From Laetmonice hystrix (taxonomy: Eukaryota), in NCBI GenBank assembly GCA_965235115.1, contig OZ249443.1, forward strand, positions 2,542,001-2,606,000: a DNA stretch of 64,000 nucleotides. Direction: 5' to 3'. The translations under genes and the position numbers were made by a program. Of this stretch, positions 37,143 to 50,340 are shown in pieces. The notes below the pieces were generated by a model, which searched no databases, had not been told where the DNA came from, and was given only the letters and a program-made list of their open reading frames with translations. Each line of letters starts with the position of its first letter. Within the stretch, counting starts at the first letter, position 1.

Positions 37143-37694
37143 GTAAGATCACATCAGTCGGTGGGTAGGTGTAGGTCGGTCAGTCGGCCGACTCGTACCG
37201 ACTGACCAGTCCGATCAGGGATCCCACGGTGACCCTATTGTCTCCAGTACTCGGGCCTTGCCCGTACTTCACGGTCGTGTGACTTTGATCAGCGACCCCT
37301 GTCGTGTGACTAGAGATTCAATTTGAAAGGACCGTTAACGATCGTCGTCTGAGTCACAGTATTGTGAAGGGATCAAACTTTCAAACGAAGGTTAAACATG
37401 TTGTAAAGTTAGGTTATTGCTATCTCCCAGTCAGTCCAATTGTCAGACAATTTAAAAGGAATCACCCTTTGTCGTCACCTGTTGCCGTGGTAATCCACGT
37501 AGACCTTGCCAGTCTTCGCAAACATAATTCTTATACTTATTTATCTATAACTGGGAAAGGTGATGATTGTGTATGAATGGATGTGTGTGGGCTGTATGTA
37601 ACTGCCCCAGATTGAATGTAAATATTTCACCCAAACACTATACCTGTATACTTATGTTTCTGTAAATGTGCAGTGTATGAATAAAATGATATAT

Positions 37695-38021
37695 ATAACG
37701 CGTGTTGGTGTGGTGAAAGGCCATAGTAACGAGTGTTGGTGTGGTGAAAGGCCATAGTAACGCGTGTTGGTGTGGTGAAAGGCCATAGTAACGCGTGTTG
37801 GTGTGGTGAAAGGCCATAGTAACGCGTGTTGGTGTGGTGAAAGCCCATAGTAACGCGTGTCGGTGTGGTGAAAGGCCATAGTAACGCGTGTCGGTGTGGT
37901 GAAAGCCCATAGTAACGCGTGTTGGTGTGGTGAAAGCCCATAGTAACGCGTGTTGGTGTGGTGAAAGGCCATAGTAACGCATGTTGGTGTGGTGAAAGGC
38001 CATAGTAACGCGTGTTGGTGT
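37695..38021. repeat. 31-bp minisatellite, ~10 copies
   Basis: aacgcgtgttggtgtggtgaaaggccatagt. Confidence 0.95.
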
Positions 38022-38210
38022 GGTCTGGGGGCAGCTAGTTAACCGAACTTTCAAACAAGTCTGGGGGCAGCTAGTTAACCGAACATTTAAACAAATCTGG
38101 GGACAGCTAGTTAACCGAACTTTTAAACAAGTCTGGGGGCAGCTAGTTAACGGAACTTTCAAACAAGTCTGGGGGCAGCTAGTTAAGCTAGTTAACCGAA
38201 CTTTTAAACA
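38022..38210. repeat. 36-bp minisatellite, ~5 copies, directly abutting the previous array
   Basis: gtctgggggcagctagttaaccgaactttcaaacaa. Confidence 0.95.
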
Positions 38211-38378
38211 GCATAAAGAAGAGTGGTATTTACGTGAGCGGAGAAAGGTTGAACAATAAAAAGTAGTTTTCTTAAATTGCTTTTTGGTCGCATACAACTT
38301 TTCTGAAATGAAGTCGGGATTTACTGTCCTCTCGCGAACAAACCAATGACGTGTAATGAAGTTTACTTTAAGTTTAGT

Positions 38379-38755
38379 TCAAGTTTACAGTCCAGTTTAG
38401 TCAATCCGACAAGTTTACAGTCCAGTTTAGTCAATCCGACAAGTTTACAGTCCAGTTTAGTCAATCCGACAAGTTTACAGTCCAGTTTAGTCAATCCGAC
38501 AAGTTTACAGTCCAGTTTAGTCAATCCGACAAGTTTACAGTCCAGTTTAGTCAATCCGACAAGTTTACAGTCCAGTTTAGTCAATCCGACAAGTCTACAG
38601 TCCAGTTTAGTCAATCCGACAAGTTTACAGTCCAGTTTAGTCAATCCGACAAGTCTACAGTCCAGTTTAGTCAATCCGACAAGTTTACAGTCCAGTTTAG
38701 TCAATCCGACAAGTTTACAGTCCAGTTTAGTCAATCCGACAAGTTTACAGTCCAG
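38379..38755. repeat. 30-bp minisatellite, ~12.5 copies
   Basis: caagtttacagtccagtttagtcaatccga. Confidence 0.97.
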
Positions 38756-38889
38756 CTGTGACAATGTGTTAGGTAATCATGTGGGAGGAAGGGTACTGAT
38801 CCTGATTAAAATCTGAGCGGATAATAACAACTTTATATCCTGGGATATGACTAGATTATTGGATATGAGAGGGGATTTATTATATCCAA

Positions 38890-39020
38890 CCTACGCAGGA
38901 GAAATAACAGAAGAACATCTTGAGATCATTAAAAACATGAAAATTAATAAACGGCACGATTCAGCAGTTGACTTTATGAAGTTAAAGTCGCCCACTCATA
39001 ATTTGCTGTATATGAGACGA
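38890..39020 (+). mobile_element. possible decayed LINE fragment (pre-RT segment)
   Basis: EITEEHLEIIKNMKINK resembles the ITEEEI..AIK.LKN.K segment that precedes non-LTR RT domains. Confidence 0.25.
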
Positions 39021-40257
39021 TAGATAACAAAAAGTATTTTCCGACTTCCTCATCCATTGTGATTATGAAGTCGGGTGATATTAGCGTTTCACGTCAGAAG
39101 TCAGTGTCGCTAAGGGCTTTCAAACTCGGGTCCTGTTTAGACGCGCCAGCTTTAATTAGAGTCTATGTTGGTTCGGGTTAAAGCCATAAGTTCTCCCTGA
39201 ATTTATTACTGTGGTCTCTGACACGACCTTTACCCACGGCATCTATGATGACACTGTTGTATTTATGTTAAATATACGAAATTGAGGAGAGAAAACTGAA
39301 ATGTCGCCTTCTATGTGGGGAGTTTACTGCAGCCATAAATAAATGGGAGGAGCAGAGACTGCTTGAAACAAGTGCTGCTTCTAGGTGTTCTAGGTGAAAC
39401 TTGGATATAGACAGGCCAGGGGGCAGTAGAGGGGGAGGGGGTGGGGGGTTAAAAGGAGACCTTTAAATGGCACCTCAGGCGGCTGGATTGAAGGAGGGTA
39501 AGGACTGATCAAAGTCTTTATCCTACACATCTTAATTAAAACAACACAGGGTTGATTGATGTTTTTGTCTCAGTTCCCCTGATGAGAGTCATTAGGGATG
39601 CGTCTATAAAAAGATAAGTGTTGTTAGGTGTAAACAAATTTAGAATGAATAGAGAAATTGTTCAACATTCGTGATGTCAAAAATATCATTAAACTCAGGA
39701 CTAGTGTAAGGTGGGCTTACAGGGTTACAGAGTGTAGACTCAACCCAGGACTAATATAAGGTGGGCTTACAGGGTTACAGAGTGTAGACGCAGCTTGAGA
39801 CTTGGTCAGGGAATGTGCTCAAATTGGATCATATTTGTCCAGCTAACATTTTATTATGTCATAGATATGATAGCCACTATGGATGGTGCACCTATTGCCA
39901 CATCTCTACAACTCTTGACAAGTTTCAGCAATGAGAAAACAATTTGGCGTATTTTAGTTTGATGTAATGTTGACTTGAGGCAGGAATAATTGTGTCTGTA
40001 CCACTATCCAAATACATAACTGATATTATTGAGATTCCATCTCAACATTGTACCACTGCTCAAATACAAATCTGATATTGTTGAAAATTCCATTTCAACA
40101 TCTAGTCGTGGCTTGACAGCCAGACAACATGAGAAATTTTAATGTGAAGAAAAAAAGTATCATTGGGAATAGAGTCGTTCAGTGCATTATTATAAAATAC
40201 AGAATCTGTTGAGAGAAAATGGAATTAGTTCATATAATGTTGTTTGTGTGTCAGTGA

Positions 40258-43200
40258 GATGATTGAGAGTCTGCCCTGTTTCAGCTGTGGTTAGCAACGT
40301 TAGTCTGTATTAACGATGATTGAGAGTCTGCCCTGTTTCAGCTGTGGTTAGCAACGTTAGTCTGTATTAAACGATGATTGAGAGTCTGCCCTGTTTCAGC
40401 TGTGGTTAGCAACGTTAGTCTGTATTAACGATGATTGAGAGTCTGACCTGTTTCAGCTGTCGTTAGGAACGTTAGTCTGTATTAACGATGATTGAGAGTC
40501 TGCCCTGTTTCAGCTGTGGTTAGCAACGTTAGTCTGTATTAACGATGATTGAGAGTCTGCCCTGTTTCAGCTGTGGTTAGCAACGTTAGTCTGTATTGAA
40601 CGATGATTGAGAGTCTGCCCTGTTTCAGCTGTGGTTAGCAACGTTAGTCTGTATTAACGATGATTGAGAGTCTGCCCTGTTTCAGCTGTGGTTAGCAACG
40701 TTAGTCTGTATTAACGATGATTGAGAGTCTGCCCTGTTTCAGCTGTGGTTAGCAACGTTAGTCTGTATTAACGATGATTGAGAGTCTGCCCTGTTTCAGC
40801 TGTGGTTAGCAACGTTAGTCTGTATTAACGATGATTGAGAGTCTGCCCTGTTTCAGCTGTGGTTAGCAACGTTAGTCTGTATTAACGATGATTGAGAGTC
40901 TGCCCTGTTTCAGCTGTGGTTAGCAACGTTAGTCTGTATTAACGATGATTGAGAGTCTGCCCTGTTTCAGCTGTCGTTAGGAACGTTAGTCTGTATTAAC
41001 GATGATTGAGAGTCTGCCCTGTTTCAGCTGTGGTTAGCAACGTTAGTCTGTATTAACGATGATTGAGAGTCTGCCCTGTTTCAGCTGTGGTTAGCAACGT
41101 TAGTCTGTATTGAACGATGATTGAGAGTCTGCCCTGTTTCAGCTGTGGTTAGCAACGTTAGTCTGTATTAACGATGATTGAGAGTCTGCCCTGTTTCAGC
41201 TGTCGTTAGGAACGTTAGTCTGTATTAACGATGATTGAGAGTCTGCCCTGTTTCTGCTGTGGTTAGCAACGTTAGTCTGTATTAACGATGATTGAGAGTC
41301 TGCCCTGTTTCAGCTGTCGTTAGGAACGTTAGTCTGTATTAACGATGATTGAGAGTCTGCCCTGTTTCAGCTGTGGTTAGCAACGTTAGTCTGTATTAAA
41401 CGATGATTGAGAGTCTGCCCTGTTTCAGCTGTGGTTAGCAACGTTAGTCTGTATTAAACGATGATTGAGAGTCTGCCCTGTTTCAGCTGTGGTTAGCAAC
41501 GTTAGTCTGTATTAACGATGATTGAGAGTCTGCCCTGTTTCAGCTGTGGTTAGGAACGTTAGTCTGTATTAAACGATGATTGAGAGTCTGCCCTGTTTCA
41601 GCTGTGGTTAGCAACGTTAGTCTGTATTAACGATGATTGAGAGTCTGCCCTGTTTCAGCTGTGGTTAGCAACGTTAGTCTGTATTAACGATGATTGAGAG
41701 TCTGCCCTGTTTCAGCTGTGGTTAGCAACGTTAGTCTGTATTAACGATGATTGAGAGTCTGCCCTGTTTCAGCTGTGGTTAGCAACGTTAGTCTGTATTA
41801 ACGATGATTGAGAGTCTGCCCTGTTTCAGCTGTCGTTAGGAACGTTAGTCTGTATTAACGATGATTGAGAGTCTGCCCTGTTTCAGCTGTGGTTAGCAAC
41901 GTTAGTCTCTATTAACGATGATTGAGAGTCTGCCCTGTTTCAGCTGTGGTTAGCAACGTTAGTCTGTATTAACGATGATTGAGAGTCTGCCCTGTTTCAG
42001 CTGTGGTTAGCAACGTTAGTCTGTATCAAACGATGATTGAGAGTCTGCCCTGTTTCAGCTGTGGTTAGCAACGTTAGTCTGTATCAAACGATGATTGAGA
42101 GTCTGCCCTGTTTCAGCTGTGGTTAGAAACGCTAGTCTGTATTAAACGATGGTTGAGAGTCTGCCCTGTTTCAGCTGTCGTTAGGAACGTTAGTCTGTAT
42201 TAACGATGATTGAGAGTCTGCCCTGTTTCAGCTGTGGTTAGCAACGTTAGTCTGTATTAACGATGATTGAGAGTCTGCCCTGTTTCAGCTGTGGTTAGCA
42301 ACGTTAGTCTGTATCAAACGATGATTGAGAGTCTGCCCTGTTTCAGCTGTGGTTAGCAACGTTAGTCTGTATTAACGATGATTGAGAGTCTGCCCTGTTT
42401 CAGCTGTCGTTAGGAACGTTAGTCTGTATTAACGATGATTGAGAGTCTGCCCTGTTTCAGCTGTGGTTAGCAACGTTAGTCTGTATTAACGATGATTGAG
42501 AGTCTGCCCTGTTTCAGCTGTGGTTAGCAACGTTAGTCTGTATTAAACGATGATTGAGAGTCTGCCCTGTTTCAGCTGTGGTTAGCAACGTTAGTCTGTA
42601 TTAACGATGATTGAGAGTCTGCCCTGTTTCAGCTGTGGTTAGCAACGTTAGTCTGTATTAACGATGATTGAGAGTCTGCCCTGTTTCAGCTGTGGTTAGC
42701 AACGTTAGTCTGTATTAACGATGATTGAGAGTCTGCCCTGTTTCAGCTGTGGTTAGCAACGTTAGTCTGTATTGAACGATGATTGAGAGTCTGCCCTGTT
42801 TCAGCTGTCGTTAGGAACGTTAGTCTGTATTAACGATGATTGAGAGTCTGCCCTGTTTCAGCTGTGGTTAGCAACGTTAGTCTGTATCAAACGATGATTG
42901 AGAGTCTGCCCTGTTTCAGCTGTGGTTAGCAACGTTAGTCTGTATTAACGATGATTGAGAGTCTGCCCTGTTTCAGCTGTCGTTAGGAACGTTAGTCTGT
43001 ATCAAACGATGATTGAGAGTCTGCCCTGTTTCAGCTGTGGTTAGCAACGTTAGTCTGTATCAAACGATGATTGAGAGTCTGCCCTGTTTCTGCTGTGGTT
43101 AGCAACGTTAGTCTGTATTAACGATGATTGAGAGTCTGCCCTGTTTCAGCTGTGGTTAGCAACGTCAGTCTGTATTAACGATGATTGAGAGTCTGCCCTG

Positions 43201-43926
43201 TTTCAGCTGTGGTTAGCAACGTTAGTCTGTATCAAACGATGATTGAGAGTCTGCCCTGTTTCAGCTGTGGTTAGCAACGTTAGTCTGTATTAACGATGAT
43301 TGAGAGTCTGCCCTGTTTCAGCTGTGGTTAGCAACGTTAGTCTGTATCAAACGATGATTGAGAGTCTGCCCTGTTTCAGCTGTGGTTAGCAACGTTAGTC
43401 TGTATTAACGATGATTGAGAGTCTGCCCTGTTTCAGCTGTCGTTAGCAACGTTAGTCTGTATTAAACGATGATTGAGAGTCTGCCCTGTTTCAGCTGTGG
43501 TTAGCAACGTTAGTCTGTATTAACGATGATTGAGAGTCTGCCCTGTTTCAGCTGTGGTTAGCAACGTTAGTCTGTATTAACGATGATTGAGAGTCTGCCC
43601 TGTTTCAGCTGTGGTTAGCAACGTTAGTCTGTATTGAACGATGATTGAGAGTCTGCCCTGTTTCAGCTGTGGTTAGCAACGTTAGTCTGTATTAACGATG
43701 ATTGAGAGTCTGCCCTGTTTCAGCTGTGGTTAGCAACGTTAGTCTGTATTAACGATGATTGAGAGTCTGCCCTGTTTCAGCTGTGGTTAGCAACGTTAGT
43801 CTGTATTAACGATGATTGAGAGTCTGCCCTGTTTCAGCTGTGGTTAGCAACGTTAGTCTGTATTAACGATGATTGAGAGTCTGCCCTGTTTCAGCTGTGG
43901 TTAGCAACGTTAGTCTGTATTAAACG
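40258..43926. repeat. 57/58-bp minisatellite, ~64 copies
   Basis: gatgattgagagtctgccctgtttcagctgtggttagcaacgttagtctgtattaac with interspersed variants. Confidence 0.98.
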
Positions 43927-44766
43927 TCTGCCTGTTTGTTGTCACGTAGAATGTTGTCATTATGACGTCAGTGACGTTCAGGGAGTCGTGATTGAATGTT
44001 TGCCGTTCTTGTGATCTTGTTTTAAATCACACCATTCACACAGACACGCACACCGCCCCACACACCCTTACAAACATCTCGCAAGTAGACAATAAAGACG
44101 TAATTGATCATTTTCATAACAACATGAAACGTTAACTTTATCATTCCGGATAATTTGTCAATACCGCTTAAAGTTACGTTAGGCCTATATCTCCATGGTG
44201 ACAACCCAATGTCGTCTGCTATACCAGATGTAGTGTCCTTATCCGACACCAGGTGTCAGTGCAGTCGGTAGCCTGGTGCTAACCTGGTGCGGTTGAGAAC
44301 TTCTTTTTCTGTTTATGAAGTTGTAGGTTTATAAATAGACATACATGTTCGATATTAGGTATATGACAAGGACAAATTTATTTATTTTCCCTTCAGGATA
44401 CTGGTTCTCAAAACTCCACGGTCGGTCTACAAATGTTTGAATGATCCAAGTTATTTCATACTTATTACATCTTTTGTATTTTCGTTTTTTCCTCTAGGTG
44501 AGTAATTTGCCATCTTCTGACTTTGATCACGCAAAACTCTGTGAGTATGTAACTTTTATATATATGCAGTCGGTGTGTTCTGTCTATGGTCACCGGTCGC
44601 CTTTATAGTCGTGGGCACCTTAGGTAAGGACAGTAACATAGGCAGTCGGTGTGTTCTGTCTATGGTCACCGGTCGCCTTTATAATCGTGGACACCTTAGG
44701 TAAGGACAGTCACATAGGCAGTGTTTGCAAACTGATTCTCTCTTTGTCTAAACTATTTCTGTTTTT

Positions 44767-44933
44767 NNNNNNNNNNNNNNNNNNNNNNNNNNNNNNNNNN
44801 NNNNNNNNNNNNNNNNNNNNNNNNNNNNNNNNNNNNNNNNNNNNNNNNNNNNNNNNNNNNNNNNNNNNNNNNNNNNNNNNNNNNNNNNNNNNNNNNNNNN
44901 NNNNNNNNNNNNNNNNNNNNNNNNNNNNNNNNN
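44767..44933. other. assembly gap
   Basis: Run of N, preceded by an ~80-bp duplication (44570-44720). Confidence 1.
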
Positions 44934-45079
44934 CATTCACTCCTTGTCTCATCAGACTTTAATCAGTCTTCATCCAGAAATATTTACTTTTCAAGATGAC
45001 TCTGAGAGGAGCCTGATGCTCCCCAAGTCCCGTCAATATTTGTTCCTAACGTCTGGCTGAGGTGGTGTTGGTATTGGTA

Positions 45080-45595
45080 CAGAACCGGTCCACCACTCTC
45101 AGTGGGCGGCCTGGTGTACCCGTCTCATCCTTCCACCGGTCTGTACCAGACAAATACAAGTGATACACGCGGGTATACCGGTCCACCACTCTCGGTGGGC
45201 GGCCTGGTGGATCCGTCTCATCCTTCCACCGGTCTGTGAGTTACCAGACAAATATAAATGATACACGCGGAATACACGGACTGACGGAAAGTTTATACTG
45301 AGGCACCGGTTAGAGGACAGAAAGCGTATACCCAGACGGTCGGTTCATGATGATACACGCGGAACACACGGACTGACGGAAAGGTTATACTGAGGCACCG
45401 GTTAGAGGACAGAGGGCGTATACCCAGACGGTCGGTTCAGGATGAATGATACATACGGACTGATGGAAAGTTTATACTGAGGCACTGTGATGAATGCTAC
45501 ACGCGGAATACATGGACTGACGGAAAGTTTATACTGAGGCACCGGTTAGAGAACAGAAAGCGTATTATACCCAGACGGTCGGTTCGTGATGACTG
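45080..45595. repeat. composite short tandem duplications
   Basis: accggtccaccactctc... x2; gatacacgcgg...ggactgacggaaagtttatactgaggcac x4. Confidence 0.85.
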
Positions 45596-45894
45596 GTCTC
45601 GACTTCATCGCCTTCGACTGGCCAGGAGTTAAAGAAAAAGTCTCGAATTAATCTCATGTTTTACATTTAAATCGTGTCTGTCCACAGCGCTTGCAGTTTG
45701 AGGAAATGAATCGGCAACTCGCCTCCCAACTACTCTGGGTAGTTGAAATAGAGGGTTTCTGGTCAGGGGTAGTGGAATCTATGAAAATCAATGTAGAAAG
45801 TTAAAGTGTCTGTGTACTCATGGGCCACCGTAGCCCTGCTTAGCTTCAACCTTGCGGCTTAGACCCTGATTAGTTCTTACCGCGAAGTTTGGCG

Positions 45895-46255
45895 GAGAAC
45901 CTGCAGGCGCCATCAGAACCTGCAGGCGCCATTAGAACCTGCAGGCGCCATCAGAACCTGCAGGCGCCATCAGAACCTGCAGGCGCCATCAGAACCTGTA
46001 GGCGCCATCAGAACCTGAAGGCGCCATCAGAACCTGAAGGCGCCATCAGAACCTGAAGGCGCCATCAGAACCTGAAGGCGCCATCAGAACCTGAAGGCGC
46101 CATCAGAACCTGAAGGCGCCATCAGAACCTGCAGGCGCCATTAGAACCTGAAGGCGCCATCAGAACCTGCAGGCGCCATTAGAACCTGCAGGCGCCATCA
46201 GAACATGCAGGCGCCATCAGAACCTGCAGGCGCCATCAGAACATGCAGGTACCAT
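45895..46255. repeat. 19-bp minisatellite, ~19 copies
   Basis: agaacctgcaggcgccatc. Confidence 0.97.
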
Positions 46256-46694
46256 CGTGGCTGACATACAGATCGACGGTCTGTGGATGAGATACAGTCC
46301 TCATACTGTCTGAGAGATCATAAACTTCCCTCAGCTCGTTTGAAATTTTAACAAAGTGTCACTAACATGGCCACATCTGCAGCCCCTGTCAGTGTTGTCA
46401 AGACAGCCGCTCATAATTTTCACGCAGGGTCTAGGTGGTAATTTTATTAGAACGTATTTTGAAGAGAATCCAGGGAGTTTGGGCGCCTCAGTGTTAGATT
46501 ATGATGGCGTCTGAGAGTGGTAGTCCCCGCACGTGGCGCAGACTTTGAAAGTCTACTGCTGATTGGGTGAGAATAGGCGGTCTCCCAGCAGAGGGAACTC
46601 AATCTCCCGGCAGAGGGAGCTTAAGCTCCCGGCGGAGGGATCCCGCTTCCTGTGATCAGTAAAAACTCCACAGTCTCAACAGATGGTATCGTAT

Positions 46695-46916
46695 GATACA
46701 TGTGGAGCACTCACAGCAGATGGCGTGGTATGATACATGTGGACCACTCACAGCAGATGGCGTGGTATGATACATGTGGAGCACTCACAGCAGATGGCGT
46801 GGTATGATACATGTGGAGCACTCACAGCAGATGGCGTGGTATGATACATGTGGAGCACTCACAGCAGATGGCGTGGTATGATACATATGGAGCACTCACA
46901 GCAGATGGCGTGGTAT
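46695..46916. repeat. 37-bp minisatellite, 6 copies
   Basis: gatacatgtggagcactcacagcagatggcgtggtat. Confidence 0.95.
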
Positions 46917-47344
46917 AACAGAGCTATATCTACACTATTTTATGGTATATTATTCCTATTTTTTACCACAGCAAAATCCTATTTTCCTATTTGTTTTGAG
47001 TGTTGTTGGCCCCTAACACCCTGTTATAGATATACTATTTTATGGTAGAGGGTTGAGAACAATCACCCTCGGCCTGTCACCGTTTGCTCTCAGTACATGT
47101 ACAGCTCCGTAATAAACTATAGATGGTTCCAAACACAGAGCTGGCAACATTCTCTCCACCACACAAACAGAAACCACAATACAGGCCCGTGTTGAGTGGG
47201 TACTAGCTGATCTGGCAGCCGACCAGGCTTGGCTGTCGTACCGTGATCGGGTCGGTGTACGGGAACGGGTGGCAGGTACCCGGCCGAGGGGGGGGGGGCT
47301 CAGGCGAGGACAGGCGGCCACTTGAGGTTAAGAGAGCATCCTGA

Positions 47345-48272
47345 GGGGTGGCCTCACCACCCACGGCGCCACAGTCGGAGTGCTGACGGTCAGGGAAGGT
47401 GGGGAAGACAGGGAGGGGTGGCCACACCACCCACGGCGCCACGGTCTGGGTGCTGACGGTCAGGGAAGGTGGGGAGGACAGGGAGGGGTGGCCACACCAC
47501 CCACGGCGCCACAGTCGGAGTGCTGACGGTCAGGGAAGGTGGGGAGGACAGGGAGGGGTGGCCACACCACCCACGGCGCCACAGTCGGAGTGCTGACGGT
47601 CAGGGAAGGTGGGGAGGACAGGGAGGGGTGGCCACACCACCCATGGCGCCACGGTCGGAGTGCTGACGGTCAGGGAAGGTGGGGAGGACAGGGAGGGGTT
47701 GCCTCACCACCCGCGGCGCCACGGTCTGGGTGCTGACGGTCAGGGAAGGTGGGGAGGACAGGGAGGGGTGGCCACACCACCCATGGCGCCACGGTCGGAG
47801 TGCTGACGGTCAGGGAAGGTGGGGAGGACAGGGAGGGGTGGCCACACCACCCACGGCGCCACGGTCTGGGTGCTGACGGTCAGGGAAGGTGGGGAGGACA
47901 GGGAGGGGTGGCCACACCACCCACGGCGCCACGGTCTGGGTGCTGACGGTCAGGGAAGGTGGGGAGGACAGGGAGGGGTGGCCACACCACCCACGGCGCC
48001 ACGGTCTGGGTGCTGACGGTCAGGGAAGGTGGGGAGGACAGGGAGGGGTGGCCACACCACCCACGGCGCCACGGTCTGGGTGCTGACGGTCAGGGAAGGT
48101 GGGGAGGACAGGGAGGGGTGGCCACACCACCCACGGCGCCACGGTCTGGGTGCTGACGGTCAGGGAAGGTGGGGAGGACAGGGAGGGGTGGCCACACCAC
48201 CCACGGCGCCACGGTCTGGGTGCTGACGGTCAGGGAAGGTGGGGAGGACAGGGAGGGGTGGCCACACCACTC
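47345..48272. repeat. 70-bp G-rich minisatellite, ~13 copies
   Basis: ORF track repeats every 70 bp; unit contains cagggaaggtggggaggacagggaggggtgg. Confidence 0.97.
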
Positions 48273-49739
48273 ACGGTGTGGAGGACAGGGAGGGGTAGGA
48301 TCGGCGTGGAGGCTGAGCCGATTCTTTGGCGGGAATGCCTTTCTCTCTGTCCCTCTCTGCCCCACTGTCACTTTCTGCCCCCCTCTCTATCCCTGCTCTC
48401 TCAGTCTCTCTCCAGGCTACTTCTGACGGGTAATCAGGTTACCTAACACACAGAAGAAGTCGCCAGCTCCTCCTGTGTGTAAAAACCTCCAGTGTATGTT
48501 GTCCTGTTTTTGTGATCAGGTTTACTACTGCTGGGGTCGGACGTAAACACTCCGTGAAAAAGTGTGTAAACACGGTGTAAACTGTGTGTAAACACGACAG
48601 GAGGTCCTGTAGTGGCGAGTAAATTCACGGGAAAACGTTCCCGGGTTCTTGGAATCAATGCTGTGATACCTGGGTGTTGGTATACACCCCATGGTTAAAC
48701 CCCCACGAAATTTGAAGACGTATCGCTATTTATGGCCCCGCCCCCAACCCTAGTCGCGGTCCCTGGACCTCCCCAGAAACTTGTCCCTAGGCTGGCCCCG
48801 CCCCAAACCCTAGTCCCGACCCCCTATCCCTGCCCCTACCCCTGCCCCTCCCCCTCCCCCTGGCCCTAACCCCTAGCGCTAGTTTCATGGGAATTTTACC
48901 ATAGTAGAATAATGTGAAGTTAGTTACTGTGGCTTGTCTCCTGGGTTTCCGATCCCTACCACGGTACTGATAGCCACCCGTCAGCTCCCCCCACACCACC
49001 CCCACCCCTTCTCCGCTCTCAGCTCTCCCTGAGTGGTGCCAAGTGGCGCTGAGTGGTGCCGCCGCCGCCCACCGCCGGGTGGTGGGTGGTGCGGAGACGT
49101 CGGTCGGCCCACCACCATCACCAGCACCACCTGGTGGCGAGGGTAGGAACCACGCGGTCGGTCTGGCCGTGACGAGTTGCCCTGACGGAGTCGGCGGCAG
49201 TGAACGCGAGTCCCGTCTTCCGATCACACCGTGCTCACCTCCAGACCAGGCGGATTAGTCAATGGATTACGGATTAACCCGAACGCCGCCAGGATTGAGT
49301 CTCCGATTGGCTGATTGACATGTTGAATACCCAGCGGTCTGAGCCGTCGAGTAGTCGGCAGTGAAGGATTAAGGAAGCTGTGATTGAGTGGTAGACTTAC
49401 CGTCAATATGCCTGGTACCGTGATGCTGTTCCTACGTAAAAAGTTTGGCTGGGGTAAGTAGAGTTTGTCTATGGTAGGGTGTTCACCCTAACCCCTGTAC
49501 AGACCACGTGTGTGGAGAGAGGGGTGGTTATACCAGGGTTGAGATCTGTGTATCTATGGCGGCGGGCACGCGAGCAGTGGAGGTCTGGGCTCATACTGAC
49601 TCCAACCAGTAAAATAAGTGAAAAAATTGGTTTTAGTTACAGTCGGAGTCAGTCTGGCTGGATCCATGGCAGACAGACTCTGGTAGGGGGTGGGTGGAGT
49701 GGGGGTAGGACAGGGAGGGAGTGGTGGGGGTGGGCATCC

Positions 49740-50340
49740 ATCTATACCTCCACCTCTAATCCACCATCCTTCAACAATACATCCACAATCCACCATCCAT
49801 TCACAATCCACTATCCTTCCAACCATCCCAAATCTACTATCCACCCCAAATCCACTGTCTATCCCAAATCCACTGTCTATCCCAAATCCACTATCCAGCC
49901 ATCTCCCCATCCACAATCCACCATCCATCCACAATCCGCTATCATTTAAACCATCCCGAATCCACTATCCACCCCACTCCATCCATCTCAAATCCACTCT
50001 CCATCCATCTCCCCATCCCAAATCCACCACCCATCCATCTACCAGTCACCATCCATAATCCCCCATCTATTCACAATTCACTATCATTCCAACCATCCCA
50101 AATCCACTACCCATCCATCTCCCCATCCACAATCCACCACCCATCCACCACCCATCCACCACCTCCAGTAGAGGTGAGTTGAATCCACCACCCATCCACC
50201 ACCCATCCACCACCTCCAGTAGAGGTGAGTTGAATCCACCACCCATCCACCACCCATCCACAATCCACCACCCATCCACCACCCATCCACAATCCACCAC
50301 CCATCCACCACCCATCCACCACCTCCAGTAGAGGTGAGTT
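49740..50340. repeat. C/A-rich low complexity (ccatccacc)n
   Basis: Directly visible. Confidence 0.9.

Noticed and set aside
49043-49258. GC-rich ORF as a standalone gene
   Set aside because: Low-complexity Gly/Pro/Ala content, open on both strands, and no recognisable domain.
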